Part shown: piece by piece, positions 27,101 to 38,539 of the stretch
Layout: every line of letters begins with the position of its first letter
How positions within the stretch are numbered: position 1 is the first letter of the stretch
NCBI GenBank assembly: GCA_026770705.1
Contig: JANJGN010000052.1
Location: 3,162,001 to 3,226,000, forward strand
Reading direction: 5' to 3'
Source: Isurus oxyrinchus
Lineage: Eukaryota
Length of the DNA: 64,000 nt
Notes under the pieces: generated by a model
Databases searched by the model: none
What the model was told of the DNA's origin: nothing
What the model saw: only the letters and a program-made list of their open reading frames with translations
Made by a program: the position numbers and the translations under genes

Positions 27101-30100
27101 AACAGCTGCACAGGGTGAGATTGTATCAGGAGCAGTGTGTACAGTTCTGGTCTCCTTACTTATGGAGGGATAGAGTTGCATTGAACGCAGTCCAGAGGAG
27201 GTTCACTGGGCTGATTCCTGGGATTAAAGGGTTTGTCCTGTGAGTAAATGTTGAGCAGGTTGGGCCTGTATCCATTGGAGTTTAGAAGAATGAGGGGTGA
27301 CCTTATTGAAACATATCCGATTCCGAGGGGGCTTGACAGGGTGGATACTGGGAGGATGTTTCCCCCTCGTGGGGGAATCTAGAACCAGGGAGCACAGTTT
27401 CGGAATGAGGGCTCTCCCATTTAAGACTGAGATGAGGAGGAATTTCCTCTCTCAGAGGGGCGCTAGCCTGTGGAATTCTCTTCCCCAGAGAGCAGTGGAG
27501 GCTGGGCCATTGAATAGACTCAAGGCTGAGTGAGGCAGGTTTTTGATCGACAAGGGAGTCAAGGGTTTGGGGGACAGGCAGGAAAATGGAGTTAAGGCTA
27601 CAACCAGATCAGTGAGGGGCCGAATGGCCTGCTCCTGTCCCTATTTCTTATGTTCCTACATTCTTACCATCTTAAAATATTAAAGCTGCAGAATAAACAT
27701 GCAAATGACTGACCCGCTCGACCCACCTTCCATCAGGGGCTGGAGGAGGTTACACAGATAGGGAGGTTTGTGGGGGCTGGAGGAGGTAACAGAGATAGGG
27801 AGGGCTGTAGATGCTGGAGGAGGTTACGCAGATAGGGAGGGTGGTAGGACCTGGAGGAGGTTGCAGAGATAGGGAGGGCTGTAGGGACTTGAGGAGTTTA
27901 TGGAGATGGGGATCGTGTAGGGACTGGAGGAGGCTGCAAGAGCAGAGAGGGTTTTAGGGGCAGGAGGAGTTTACAGGGATAGGAAGAGTTGTAGGGGCTG
28001 GACGGATTGCAGAGGTAGGGAGGGTTGGAAAGGCTGGTGGAGGTTTCAGAGGTAGGGAAGGTTGCAGGGACTGGAGGAGTTTACAGAGATGGGGGAGTTT
28101 TTGGGGCAGGATGGGGTTACAGAGATAGGGAGGGTTGTAGGGGCAGGACGAGGTTACATAGATATGGAGTGTGGCTGGGGCTGAGGGAGGCTACAGATAG
28201 GGAGGGTTATAATGGCTGGAGGAGGTTACAGAGATAATGGAAGCTTTTAAGGACTGGAGGAGGTTACAGAGATAGGGAGGGTTGTAGTGGGCTGGATGAG
28301 GTTACAGAAATATGAAGGGTTGTAAGAGATGGAGCAGCTTACAGAGATAGGGAGAGGTATTCGGTCTGGAGGAGGTTGCAGAGATAGGGGAGGTTGTTAG
28401 GACTCAAGGAGGCTACAAATATCGCGAGGGTTATCGGGGCTTGAGGAGGTTAAAGAGATAGGGAGGGGTGTTGGGTCCGGAGGAGTTTGCAGTGATAGGA
28501 ATGGTTTTCGGGATTGGAAGAAGGTACTGAGATAGGAGGGTTGTAGAGACTGGAGGAGTCTCCTGAGATAGGGAAGGTTGTAGGGACTGGAGGAGGCTCC
28601 TGAGATAGGGAGGGTTGTAGGGACTGGAGGAGGCTCCTGAGATAGGGAGGGTTGTAGGGACTGGAAGAGGCTCCTGAGATAGGGAGGGTTGTAGGGACAG
28701 GAGGAGACTCCTGAGATAGGGAGGGTTGTAGGGACTGGAGGAGGCTCCTGAGATAGGGAGGGTTGTAGGGACAGGAGGAGACTCCTGAGATAGGGAATGT
28801 TGCCGTGGATGAAGGAAGAGGAGGAGATTACTGTAATAGGGAGGAAAAATATTCAAAAATTGTGACATTGAGACTTTGCTTGACCAGGAACCAGTCTCGG
28901 GACTTGGTGTGAGTAAGGACGTGGTCAGCAGTTTTGGATGGCCTCAAGTTTATGGAGTGTAGAGCGTGTGTTGGAACAGTCGAGTCTGGAGGTAATGAAG
29001 GCGTGGATGAGGGTTTCAGCAGCAGATGAGCTGAGACAGGGTGACGTCGTACAATGTTACGGAGGTGGAAATAGACGGTGTTAGTGAGGGCGCAGATATG
29101 AGGCCGGAAGCTCATCTCAGGATCAAATGGGACAACAAAGCTGTGAACAGATTGGCTTCAATCTCAGAGAGCTGCCAGGGAGAGGAATGGAGTTGGTAGC
29201 GAGGGAACAGAGTTTGGAGCGGGGAATGAAGACAATGGCTTCAGTCTTTCCAATATTTAATTGGAGGGAATTTCTGCCCATCCAGTACTGGATGTCGGAT
29301 AAGCAGCCTGATAATTTAGCAGCAGTGGAGGAGTCGAGAGAGGTGGTGGTGAGGTAGAGCTGGGCATCCTCAGTGGACAGGTGAAAACTAAAACTGTTCA
29401 GATGATGCTGCAAAGCCATTGCAAGTGATTCTCTGGCTACGATGAGATGGATAAGAATGGAGCCAGGGGAGAGCAGTCCCACCCAGCTGGACGACAGTGG
29501 ACAGGTGTTGGAGGAGGATGGTGTGGTCGAGCGTGTCAAAGGCTGCAGACAGATCGAGAAGGACGAGGAGGGAAAGTTGACCTTTGTCACAGTCACACAG
29601 GATGCCATTTGTGACCTTGATAGGAGCTGTTTCAGCACAGTGGCTGGGGTGGGAACCTGATTGGAGGGATTCAAACATGGAGATCCGGGAAAGATGGGAA
29701 CGGATTCGGGAGATGGAAACACGTTCAAGGACTTTGGAGAGGAAAGAGAGGCTGGAGATGGGACGGGGGTTTACACAGACAGTGTAAGGGGTGGAAGGTG
29801 TAGTGGGGAGGAGACACTTCACTCAGGGGGGAGGTGTCATCACCCCTCAGCTCGGTTTACATTACAGCTATGATGTGGATTCAATCACACACAATAAGCT
29901 CATGGATCTGGGAGCAGAAATAGACAAATCATTAAAAATAGTGACGCTGGTTAACATGGCCAAAAAACAAGCAAATCAAACACTATTATTTCCCATTGAG
30001 TGTTGGATGTGAATTGTTGAGTAATTATAACACAGCACTTACCAGAAACCTGAAGCTGGGTTACAGGGTAATAGTTATGGCTCGGACGATTGCCAAATTT

Positions 30101-33100
30101 TATCGTGAAAAAATAAGGTCCTGCATCTTCCCGTCTGATGTTGTTTATAATCAGGGAACAGTCGCCATCTTTCAGGTCTCCAGACAGCCGGGTCCGATGG
30201 CGGAACCGTGGTAACTCGTGACTGTGATCCTTGGAGTGAAAGGCTGTAGACCATTTAGACCATTTGTTCCGTATGTAGCTTCTCATTTTCCAGATTCCGA
30301 CATGTGGTTTCTTTACCAAATCTGATGGATAACTGTAATGACATGGAATCTGTACACACGAACCTTTCTGCGCTGTCACCTCTCGTGGAGTGTCACCTTT
30401 CCACTCTTGTGACAATCCAACTGGGGAGAGAAATATCAATATTTAATCTGGATGTTTTGTTGATCCACTAGACTCGATATCCACCCCCTCCATCACTCGG
30501 GCACAGTGGCTGCAGTGTGGACCATCTACAGGACACACAATGAACTCCACAAGGTATCACACCAGATGGAAGAGAATCCTGGACACAAAAGCGGAAAAGT
30601 TCATTCTACATTGGTTCATGGTCCTCAGGACCCTGTTTGTGCAGAAGCCTGTTCTCCAACAGAACTGAAGTTGGGGACAATGCATTTGGAATTCCACTGT
30701 CCGGGGCATTGGGTTAACTTGCTGATTTTGTTTTGCCTAAATCAAAATAGGCTTGTGAGAAGCCAGAAGATCCTAGGAGACACCACAGGTTGGTGACTCA
30801 TTACTACGGCCATGTGAAGCCATGGTGTTCCATTGACACGGCTGAGCATTGGAGAGACAGGGCGTGGAAGGAAGGCTGAATGCACGTGGCGATCCAGGGG
30901 GCAGGAACATGGGAAGGAGAGTTTGAAATAGTGAAAGTGGACCCTTGTGGAAGGTGTCTGAGTGAATGTGTCATGTTGGAGAAGATTCCAAAGCGAGTTC
31001 TTGGAGAGTCAGTGAGACTGGTTGTCTCACAGTGTAACAAGCGTCTGGGGTCAGATGAGGAGGGAGACTTGGCATTTGTTTCAAGTGGGTTCTGTCAGTT
31101 TCTTTCAGAATGTGGTGTCCCTGACCACAGGTCGTCTATTGGTTTATATCGACTGTGCACTTAGTGTGAACATGAGAATATAAGATAGTTATTGTAACTT
31201 GTGTTCTACTTATGAATCTGCAAAGGTATAGATCTGGGTGAAGGTGTAATGTAATATAGTTTGTCTTTCCTAGTTTAATAAATGTTTTATTCTTTTGTTA
31301 GAAGATCATCAGATGACTCCTGTGACTCTGTTCAGTAGCCGCACTCCACATTCCTAAATAAAAAATAAAAGTTAGGACCTATCAAGCTGAGTTCCACCCT
31401 GGGATCTGACTTGCCCAGTAGTAACATCAGCTGGGATGATAACACCATCCAGTCCAAGTTTCACTTTGGCCTGTGAGCAGAACACAGCTCACACAGTTTG
31501 GCCGCAGGTGTCTCCCAGCTTTCTATCCTTGTATATCTGTTCTCATGTCCCTGTTCTAAATAACTCAACCCACAATGTATTTACCCAATTCCGTATCAGT
31601 GGCTGGTGCCTTTATATCATTATAAAAACACAACATGGTGATCAGCGGTGGCCAAACATTCTGGCAGCAAGATTCAGTACAGGTATGACATGGTGAACAG
31701 CCTTAGATCGAACTACATGGCATGAGACGACCCTCGACGCTTTGGTCAGACCACAACAGAGACACAGCATCAGAGAGGGTTGAAATCGCAGTGTACTGAC
31801 TGCTCAGGAAACCTTTGAAGACACAGTGATGGGAAAGAGCTCAAGTAAAGAGCTGGGGAGCAGACGGATCCCTCGTGGTGAGATTACAGCACACGGCCTG
31901 TAGGTCAGTGAGTGGGACAGTGTGTATTGCCAGGACCAGCAGCGGGTTAGCTCAGTCAGGGAAGGCGAGTGACCAGGGTGTGGGCTGGATCGATAGTGAG
32001 CGAGGGAGATTCAAACACACAAAAACCATTATAAAAATCAGCCCAGAGAAGTTAGTGATTATAACGGGCGGCTTTGAGATTGATGAACAGCAAATTGAAT
32101 AAAAAACAAAGACTCCATTACTCCGTGGTGTGTTCCTGCCACAACCCGTCTCCGTGGGCGGAGCTTCAGAAAAGCGCACAAAAGGGGCTAAAGCGACACT
32201 CATCCCGGGTCCTGTAGAAGAAGGAACGTCAAAGGAATATTGTCAGAATGTCCACGAAATTCCCCAGTTTGAACTGGGATGTAGCTGACCGACTATCTGA
32301 ATTCAGAATGTTTAAACAGCGTACAGAGCTCTGGTTTCCTGATTCAGGTGTGACTGAACCAGACGAACCACCCATAAAAATTCACCTCGCGATTGGGAAT
32401 GAAGGTCTACACAGGCTGAACACGTCAGGATTAACAGCAGAAGAGCGAAAGGATCCCCAATAGATATGGACGACATTGGAAGACAGGTTCAGAATCAGGT
32501 GAAACTCCATATTCATCAACTAGAGTTTATGTCATTTCATCAGCCTACACAATCCATAGACCACTTCATCAGCCGATGTAGAGAAAAGGGTACGCACTGT
32601 GATTTCAAACACAGAGCCTGCAGACACAGTTGTTGAGTTGGTGATCGCATCCACTCCCATGGAAGCCTTCCAGAAAGATCTGCTAGATAAGACCAAAACC
32701 TATAGCATTGAAGAGTTACTCTAGGATGGACATAAATACGAAGTGATCCTCGCAGGTCAACGAAGCTTATAGGTCCTCAGTACAACATCAATTGTTGGCA
32801 CACTCACTAGAACATCCAAACCTAGTGAGTCGTGTGGAAGGTGTGGCCTTCTGCGGACACCAAGGAAATGCCCAGCTTTCCACCAATCCATCAAGGCTTG
32901 TGGCAGAAAGGGCCATTGACAGCGGCAGGGCACTAGAGCAAAGGCTGATGCAGCTACAAAGAGCCGTGCGCTGATCCAAACAAACCCTGCACAACGGGGA
33001 ACCTTCAAGCAATAAGAATGACCATCCGCTATCCCATCAGGAACATATACATGTGGTGACTGACAAACCAGGAAATGGCGATGATGTACACGACGAGACT

Positions 33101-34851
33101 AGGAGCGGTGATCGATATTCCACCTCTCACACATATCCTGACGTGGCTTGTCAATAAATTGTGGATTGTGGTCTTTATTGATCTCTCTGGGCACATCAAA
33201 TTAACTGAAAATGTTCCCATAGGGGTGGGATTTTCTGGCCCCACCCACTTCCATGATTGTCCAGTCCGGCCGAAAGCCAATGGATTTATGTCTGTCCCAG
33301 TCTCAGAAACTATCCCATCAGCTCAGTTCATGACATAACATTGAAATATGCAGACAGATTCAACAATATTGGCAGGTTCAAGGGAGCTGCAACATTACAC
33401 CTGCAGGAGAATGCAAGTCTGTCAGACTCCTTGCATTAAAATTAATACAATCCAACTTTGCCACACTATCTTGAGCCTTAAATGGTCAATAATTTCTATG
33501 CCTTCCAGTTTCATTTGCTCTCTCTTCTAATTTTGGCCGTGCATCTCTCTCTGTTGAACCTCCTCTCGGGATCCCATCCCCTGTCATATTAGTTTAAAGC
33601 CTCCTCAGTTGCATCAAGGGTGTAATGTCAATTGAAACCAGGGACAACATCGAAGAATGACAATCCCACAGATCAATGTGAGCAATTAAAGAAACCTCCA
33701 GACAATTTTGCCACCACAAGATCTCGATATAACAGCAGATTACCTCTACGCTTTAGAGACTCAAATATTCAACAGATCTATACACTTATATAATTGTCAA
33801 GAAATATGAAAATGATACCAGGTACCTCTTGTTCCCTGTCCTTCTCAAAGATCCATCCCTGCAGCAGGAGCCTGAAGAGTTACTGATGTGGGGCTTAATT
33901 TATCAGATTGTAGAATGATCCGGAAATGAAGGATGCCATTTGGCCCATCGAGCCTGTGCTGGGCCTTTGAAAGATCTGTCCAATTAGTCCCACTCTAACC
34001 TCTGCTCTCTCCTCCACAGCCCTGCAAAATGTCCCCTTCAAGTATTTATCCAGTTCCCCTTCTGAAAGTTCCTGTTGAATCTGCTTCCACCGCCCTTTCA
34101 GGCAGTGAGTCAATGGTCTCTCTCTGAGCTGCAAAGTGCTAATGTTCTGAGAACTTTAAACTCTGCAGCAGATCAGAGACACTCATGATAACTCAGAATA
34201 TTTGACACCTTTACACACAGACAGCTTTACCTTCCTTCTCTCTTTCAGTTATCTTGCTCCCTTATTGAAGTATCTAGCATGGTGAGAATGGACAGGAAGT
34301 GTGACACTGAACAGCCTGTCTATTCTAGGAGCTACTGTGCTGTCTTCATGGGAAATTCTGACAAAATCAGCAAAAGACACTAATTTCAGGCCATTGTTAT
34401 CCGAGTCCTAACATCGGGATCGACCTCATTCCCCAGTTTTTATCCCTGATTCTCTATTCAGCCGATCGCTCCCCTGTCACTGGCTGAACTACACTGGCTC
34501 CCAGTCCAGCAATGACTCAATTTTCAAATTCTCATAATCGATTTCTTACCCCACCATCCCCCCTCTACACTCCCGATCCCTGTAACCTCCTCCAACCCTA
34601 AAACCCTCTGAGATCTCTGCTCTCCTCCAATTCTGCTGTCAGACAGGGAGTCAGTGTATATCACTGAGCACAGGGGTGATGGGTGAATGGGACTTGGTGT
34701 GAGTTTGTACACTGGCTCACTGCTGAATCGGTTCCCAATCACAGCTCAATAAAAATGATCTTTTACAAAGACTATTAGCCATAAACCTGTCCGAGCTGAC
34801 GATGTTATTACCTTGGAGAAGAGACAGGAGGAAGTAGGATTTCCCGATCAT
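8879..34851 (-). CDS. Gene B: complete Siglec/MAG/CD22-like receptor, SP-V-V-V-C2x5-TM-cytoplasmic tail, about 1004 aa
   Basis: join(34812-34851,30043-30420,26417-26785,22858-23226,21749-22045,16929-17210,15707-15988,13314-13589,12286-12579,11162-11258,10357-10438,8879-9127); all GT-AG, phases compatible, 3015 nt. Confidence 0.8.
9500..10221 (+). mobile_element. Solo LTR-like interspersed repeat in gene B last intron
   Basis: Homologous to 5559-6388; ends ...gtcataaca; internal AATAAA. Confidence 0.45.
10357..10438 (-). CDS. Gene B cytoplasmic linker exon
   Basis: 82 nt, phase 2-0; (K)RKTAMEERVSGTSDIALTPSPLSVKHQ. Confidence 0.8.
10580..11000 (+). mobile_element. Non-LTR retroelement 3' fragment
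   Basis: Same sequence (catctacaagatgcactgcagcaactc..., ggcagctcaccaccaccttctcaaggg) recurs at 63440-63760 and elsewhere. Confidence 0.6.
11162..11258 (-). CDS. Gene B transmembrane exon (uncharged TM)
   Basis: 97 nt phase 1-2; GRDSSKWTVGLLTAGIMLSVFLAGIFIFICVRK. Confidence 0.88.
12286..12579 (-). CDS. Gene B membrane-proximal Ig domain exon (MAG d5 / CD33-related Siglec type CxC)
   Basis: 294 nt phase 1-1; KPEISQQSECTQRSEGVTCVCVAESNPP...SCSVQNPHG. Confidence 0.9.
13314..13589 (-). CDS. Gene B C2-type Ig exon
   Basis: 276 nt; PPQET..EGSNITLTCSSES.PP..YTWF..DAGFYCTARNPVG. Confidence 0.9.
13750..15380 (+). mobile_element. Penelope-like retroelement (RT C-terminus, GIY-YIG endonuclease, 3' pLTR), degenerate
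   Basis: LPFLDL..IHYKPT..SIPFSQFLRLCRI and FYCIRCSQCGFLYIGDTKRR..GLN; hammerhead-like end at 15316-15345. Confidence 0.85.
15707..15988 (-). CDS. Gene B C2-type Ig exon
   Basis: 282 nt; APRNLSI..IICSVESFPASNLTW..DTGDYQCVAENEHG. Confidence 0.9.
16773..18108. other. Three N-runs (16773-16924, 17621-17783, 17943-18108) next to (TG)n-rich microsatellite
   Basis: Seen directly. Confidence 0.95.
16929..17210 (-). CDS. Gene B C2-type Ig exon (near-identical duplicate of 15707-15988)
   Basis: 282 nt, same motifs; donor gtga abuts an N-run. Confidence 0.88.
18185..19200 (-). mobile_element. Gypsy/Ty3 LTR retrotransposon integrase remnant
   Basis: RFPETIPL..FFTHYGL..EIQSDQGS..STAYHP integrase core; purine tract plus TG near 18190. 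Confidence 0.75.
19360..21380 (+). mobile_element. CR1 LINE 3' portion (degenerate RT)
   Basis: CKSFYKYVK, DF.KAFDKVPH, SGVPQGSVLG, KANGMLAFIARG; CR1-type 3' end ctcctagtttctatgt. Confidence 0.9.
21749..22045 (-). CDS. Gene B first C2 domain exon (Siglec domain-2 type with inter-domain Cys)
   Basis: 297 nt; FTDKPTI..VSCTFNTTCNG..LTW..YTSVLTLIP..HHG.TLSCRV. Confidence 0.92.
22858..23226 (-). CDS. Gene B V-set exon 3 (Arg retained, extra Cys)
   Basis: 369 nt phase 1-1; DKPSQEW..IPCHYSYPSCLEN..YFFRIEFD. Confidence 0.9.
23280..24110 (+). mobile_element. CR1 LINE 3' fragment (copies at about 26840-27660 and 44130-44920 within the V duplication unit)
   Basis: QRDLGVLVH..KASGMLAFIAKG..LWNSLPQRAVEA. 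Confidence 0.85.
24190..25140. repeat. About 37-bp purine-rich degenerate minisatellite (also about 27735-28800 and 45760-46850)
   Basis: agagatagggagggttgtagggactggaggaggttac units. Confidence 0.85.
25200..26160 (-). mobile_element. L2-like LINE RT fragment (copies at about 28860-29790 and 46870-47835)
   Basis: RPIS.L.F.SKVLER..QSG..HCAETALIKV.N..LLDLSAAFDTLDH; LQLNIGKTEAIVF. Confidence 0.85.
26417..26785 (-). CDS. Gene B V-set exon 2 (Arg retained, extra Cys)
   Basis: 369 nt phase 1-1; AEPSQEW..YPSCLEN..YFFRIEFD. Confidence 0.9.
30043..30420 (-). CDS. Gene B V-set exon 1 (N-terminal; essential Arg replaced by Thr)
   Basis: 378 nt phase 1-1; VGLSQEW..GIWKMRSYIRNKWSKW..YFFTIKFG. Confidence 0.9.
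30735..33760 (+). mobile_element. LTR-like repeat plus degenerate Gypsy-like element (LTR end about 31635, PBS-like TGGTGATCAGCGG, gag remnant) in gene B intron 1
   Basis: aaca|tggtgatcagcggtgg junction; gag-like MSTKFPSLNW..FRMFKQRTELWF; homologous to 49650-53620. Confidence 0.65.
34812..34851 (-). CDS. Gene B signal-peptide exon (MIGKSYFLLSLLQ)
   Basis: 40 nt, G|gtaat donor. Confidence 0.88.
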
Positions 34852-35295
34852 TGTCCACTCCCAGATATTTCATAAGCTTCTGACACTCAAACTCTGAAAG
34901 AGAAAGGAGTTAATGAGACCTCACCTCTTGTCCGACAGCTCTCAAGAGATCAGAACTGCTTTTGGACAATGTCTTGACAGACTAATTTGATTCTCTGTGG
35001 GATGATAGGTGCTCTGCAGAGAGTTACAAGGCTTTAAGAAAGAAAAGCAAGGAAGGACTTGCATTTCCATAGCACCTTTCACCAGCTCAGGACGTCCCCA
35101 AGCTCATGTCTCTGCACTTCCCTCATCCCTTGAGCTAGAAAGATGTTCTGTACAACAGACTTGAGTCTCACACCCAGATCTCAATAACCAGTAGAAATCT
35201 TTCAAAGGCATCAATCATTGGAATCTGTCTTTATAAAGTCACAACAACAACAAAGGACGGTGTTGGTGGTGGAAGTGAATTCCAATCGTTCTGTT

Positions 35296-35442
35296 ACTTA
35301 CCCAGTACCTGTCCGACTGCTCGCCTGGGGAGGAACTGCCCACACGCTCTGCTTGGGCTGAATGACCTCTTCCTGTGCTGCCCCCTCTGTGTGTTTAATT
35401 AGAAAGGGTGGATGTGTCACTGTGAGACAAAATGAGGAAGTG
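35296..35442 (-). promoter_or_regulatory. Gene B putative promoter and non-coding exon 1 with PU.1-like AATGAGGAAGTG
   Basis: Paralogous to the gene A block; intact donor at 35296-35301. Confidence 0.55.
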
Positions 35443-35669
35443 GGTAACCAGTGAGAAGATCGAGGATGTTTTGTGCTCTCAGCAAAACGTTTACCATGTG
35501 ATGATCTGTCAGCTCATATTTGGGCAGCTGTAGTCATCAAGCTTCTCCATTGGCTCCATGGGTTTAGACTCCTCCCCCTCACCTCGGAGGATGAAACTCA
35601 GGCGATAAGAGTTCCCAATACAGGTCTCTGGCCCTATGATACATTTCAACGATCCCTGATCATTACGGA

Positions 35670-36960
35670 GTGAGTGCTGCACTGTCAGCGTGACTTTACT
35701 GTGGGAGTGCTGCACTGTGGGAGGGTCAGTAATGAGGGAGTGCTACACTATCAGAGGGTCAGTAATGTGGGAGGGCTGCACTGTCAGAGGGTCAGTAATG
35801 TGGGAGTGCTGCACTGTCGGAGGGTCTGTACTGAATGAGTTCCGCACAGTTGGAGGGTCAGTATTGAGGGTGTGCCGGACTGTGGGAGGGTTAGTACTGA
35901 GGTAGAGCGGAGTGTGAGGAGATATTCTTTCATGGCAAAGTTTAACTGGAATTTATTTAAACAGAGATTCTTGTACTGTGTGTTATTGCAAAAGAAATGA
36001 TTTGAGGAACTAAGTCTTGTTCCCGTGAGCCTAAAAATAATTTTCAACGATTTCTATGATTTAGCATTGAAACCTGCCTCTTTGGGCACCAGTCTTAATT
36101 GAAACAACTCGCACAGCAATGTGGGAGTGTGAGTACTGAGGGAGTGCTGCACTGTCAGAGGGTCAGTAATGTGGGAGGGCCGCACTGTCAGAGGGTCAGT
36201 AATGAGGGAGTGCTGCAACATCAGAGGGTCAGTAATGAGGGAGTGCTGCACTATCAGAGGGTAAGTAATGTGGGAGTGCTGCACTGTCGGAGGGTCTGTA
36301 CTGAGTGAGTTCCGCACAGTTGGAGGGTCAGTATTGAGAGTGTGCCGGACTGTGGGAGGGTTAGTACTGAGGTAGAGTGGAGCATGAGGATATATCCTTT
36401 CATGGCAAAGTTTAACTGGAATTTATTTAAACAAAGATTCTTGTACTGTGTGTTATTGCAAAAGAAAGGATTTGAGGAACTAAGTCTTGTTCCCGTAAGC
36501 CTAAAAATAATTTTCAACTATTTCAATGATTTAGCAATGAAACCTCCCTCTTTGGGCACCAGTCTTGATTGAAACAACTCGCACAGCACTGTGGGAGGGG
36601 GAGTACTGAGGGTGTGCTGCACTGTGGGAGGGTGTGTACAGAGGGAGGGCTGCACTGTGGGAGGGTGAGAATTGAGGGTGTGCTGCACTGTGGGAGCATC
36701 AGTACTGAGGGAGTGCTGAATTGTCGTAAGGTCAGTAGTGAGGGAGGGATACAGTATCAGAGGATCAGTACTGAGGGAATGCTGCACTGTGGGTGGGTGA
36801 GTACTGAGGGAGTGCTGCACTGTCAGAAGGTCAGTGCTGACGGGGTGCTGCACTTGAAAAGGGTCAATAATGAGGTAGTGCAGCACTGTCAGAGGGACAG
36901 TAATGAGGGAGCGCTGCACTGACGGAGGGTCAGCACTGAGGAAACGCTGCACTGTCAGTT
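35670..36960. repeat. About 33-bp degenerate minisatellite containing a 470-bp-offset tandem duplication; same unit at 40660-41000 and 55530-55740
   Basis: gagggtcagtactgagggagtgctgcactgtca units; duplicated ORFs at 35784 and 36254. Confidence 0.85.
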
Positions 36961-37679
36961 CTGAGCATGGTCTGCACTGTCCTAAGTGCATTCTAGGCAC
37001 TGCCCAAGGTTCCGCCTGATGTCCGTGTAACAACAACATCATGTACACGTCGAGAATATTTCTCACTGTGTCGGTGCAGCAAGACAGCTTTGGAATGGCA
37101 CCACCACTGGCAGGAGTGTGCAACTACAATGTGACATGTTTACATGGGAAATTTTTATTATAAAGATGGGCACAGGAATTCATATGATAGAGAATATGTG
37201 ACAACATGAAGTAATGTCTTTGAGCCAAAAATTTGGTTGCAAAATAAGAATTTTAATCTATAAATATCTACAGAAAAGGCTGAGCATTTTAATCACTTGA
37301 GGAAATCAATGTAATTTTATTCATAACCCAAATGCTTCTTACAATCTATCGCAGCATGAAAAAGGTGCAGCATTCAGAAAGCACATTCCAATCAGAGAAC
37401 AGAGTTTAGCAACGTCACATTTCTGTTCATTCCTATTCGACCATGTTGGCTGCACACAGCCAGACAATGCCGTGGTTATGATGTGTCCACACAGCAGGAC
37501 TGGGGAGCACCAGGTATAAGGAAAAGTTTCAGCTTGCTGAGGAGAAGAAGGAGAATCTCTCGTTGCAGGTTTCTCTCCGTACATTAAGAAGCAGGCATGC
37601 CGATGTTTCATTGCACTCTGTCTGCTGATGGGAGTCCGCTTGGAAATTGCTGTTTGTGCTGATGGAAAGAATAAGCTTT

Positions 37680-38280
37680 TCATAAATCGAGGGATTGAGA
37701 ACAAACACAGGGAGGTTATGCTGAACATTTATAAAGCTCTGGTTAGGTCACAACTAGAGTATTGTGTCCAGTTCTGGTCTCCTCACTTTGGGAAGGAAGT
37801 GAGGGTCCTTGAGAGGATGGGGAGGAGATTGAGCAGAATGGGTCCAGGGATGAGGGATTTTAGCTACAAGGTTGGGTTGGAGAAGCTGGGGTTGTTCTCC
37901 TTGGAGCAAAGGAGATTGAGGGGGGATCTGATCGAGGTGTAAGAGATGATGATGGGTTTAGATAAGGCAGACAAAGAGAAGCTGTTGCCATTAGCTGATG
38001 GTACAAGGACTGGGGGACACAGATTGAAGGTTTTGGGCAGAGGGGGGATGTGAGGAGGAACTTTTTTACACAGTGAGTGGTAATGAGCTGGAACTCGCTG
38101 CCTACGAGGATGGTGGAAGTGGAGACGATGAACGATTTCAAAAGGAAATTGGATGGACACTTGAGGGGAAATAAACTTGCAGAGATACGGGGATAGAGAG
38201 GGGGAAATGGGACTGACTGGATTGCTTTACAGAGAGGCAGCATGGACTCAATGGGCTGAATGGGCTCCCACTGTGCTGGA
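37680..38280 (+). mobile_element. CR1 LINE 3' fragment
   Basis: YKALVRSQLEYCVQFWSP..LGLFSLEQRRLRGDLIEV. Confidence 0.85.
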
Positions 38281-38399
38281 ATGCCTCTCTGATACGAAGG
38301 TGATTCTAACCAGGACACTGACCAGTTTCATTACAACTTAACCCAACATCACACGTTATTTGTCCGCACTGACTGACCAGATTGTTGCTGTACAAAGCT

Positions 38400-38539
38400 T
38401 CAAACAGTCTGTCGACTTCCTTTCATTGTTTGTCTCTCCCAGACACAGACTCCAGCGATAGTGATAACCACAGCCACAAGGAATATCACAGCTTGTATTC
38501 CCAGGATCAGGATCACGTGCAGAATCTCTCCTCCACTGT
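38400..38539 (-). CDS. Gene C TM plus short cytoplasmic tail, terminal exon
   Basis: ttctctag acceptor phase 1; YSGGEILHVILILGIQAVIFLVAVVITIAGVCVWERQTMKGSRQTV*; this frame is not in the ORF track. Confidence 0.8.

Noticed and set aside
8879-34851. Assigning a specific symbol (MAG, CD22, SIGLEC1, SIGLEC15)
   Set aside because: Domain architecture and tails match no single ortholog; a phylogeny is needed
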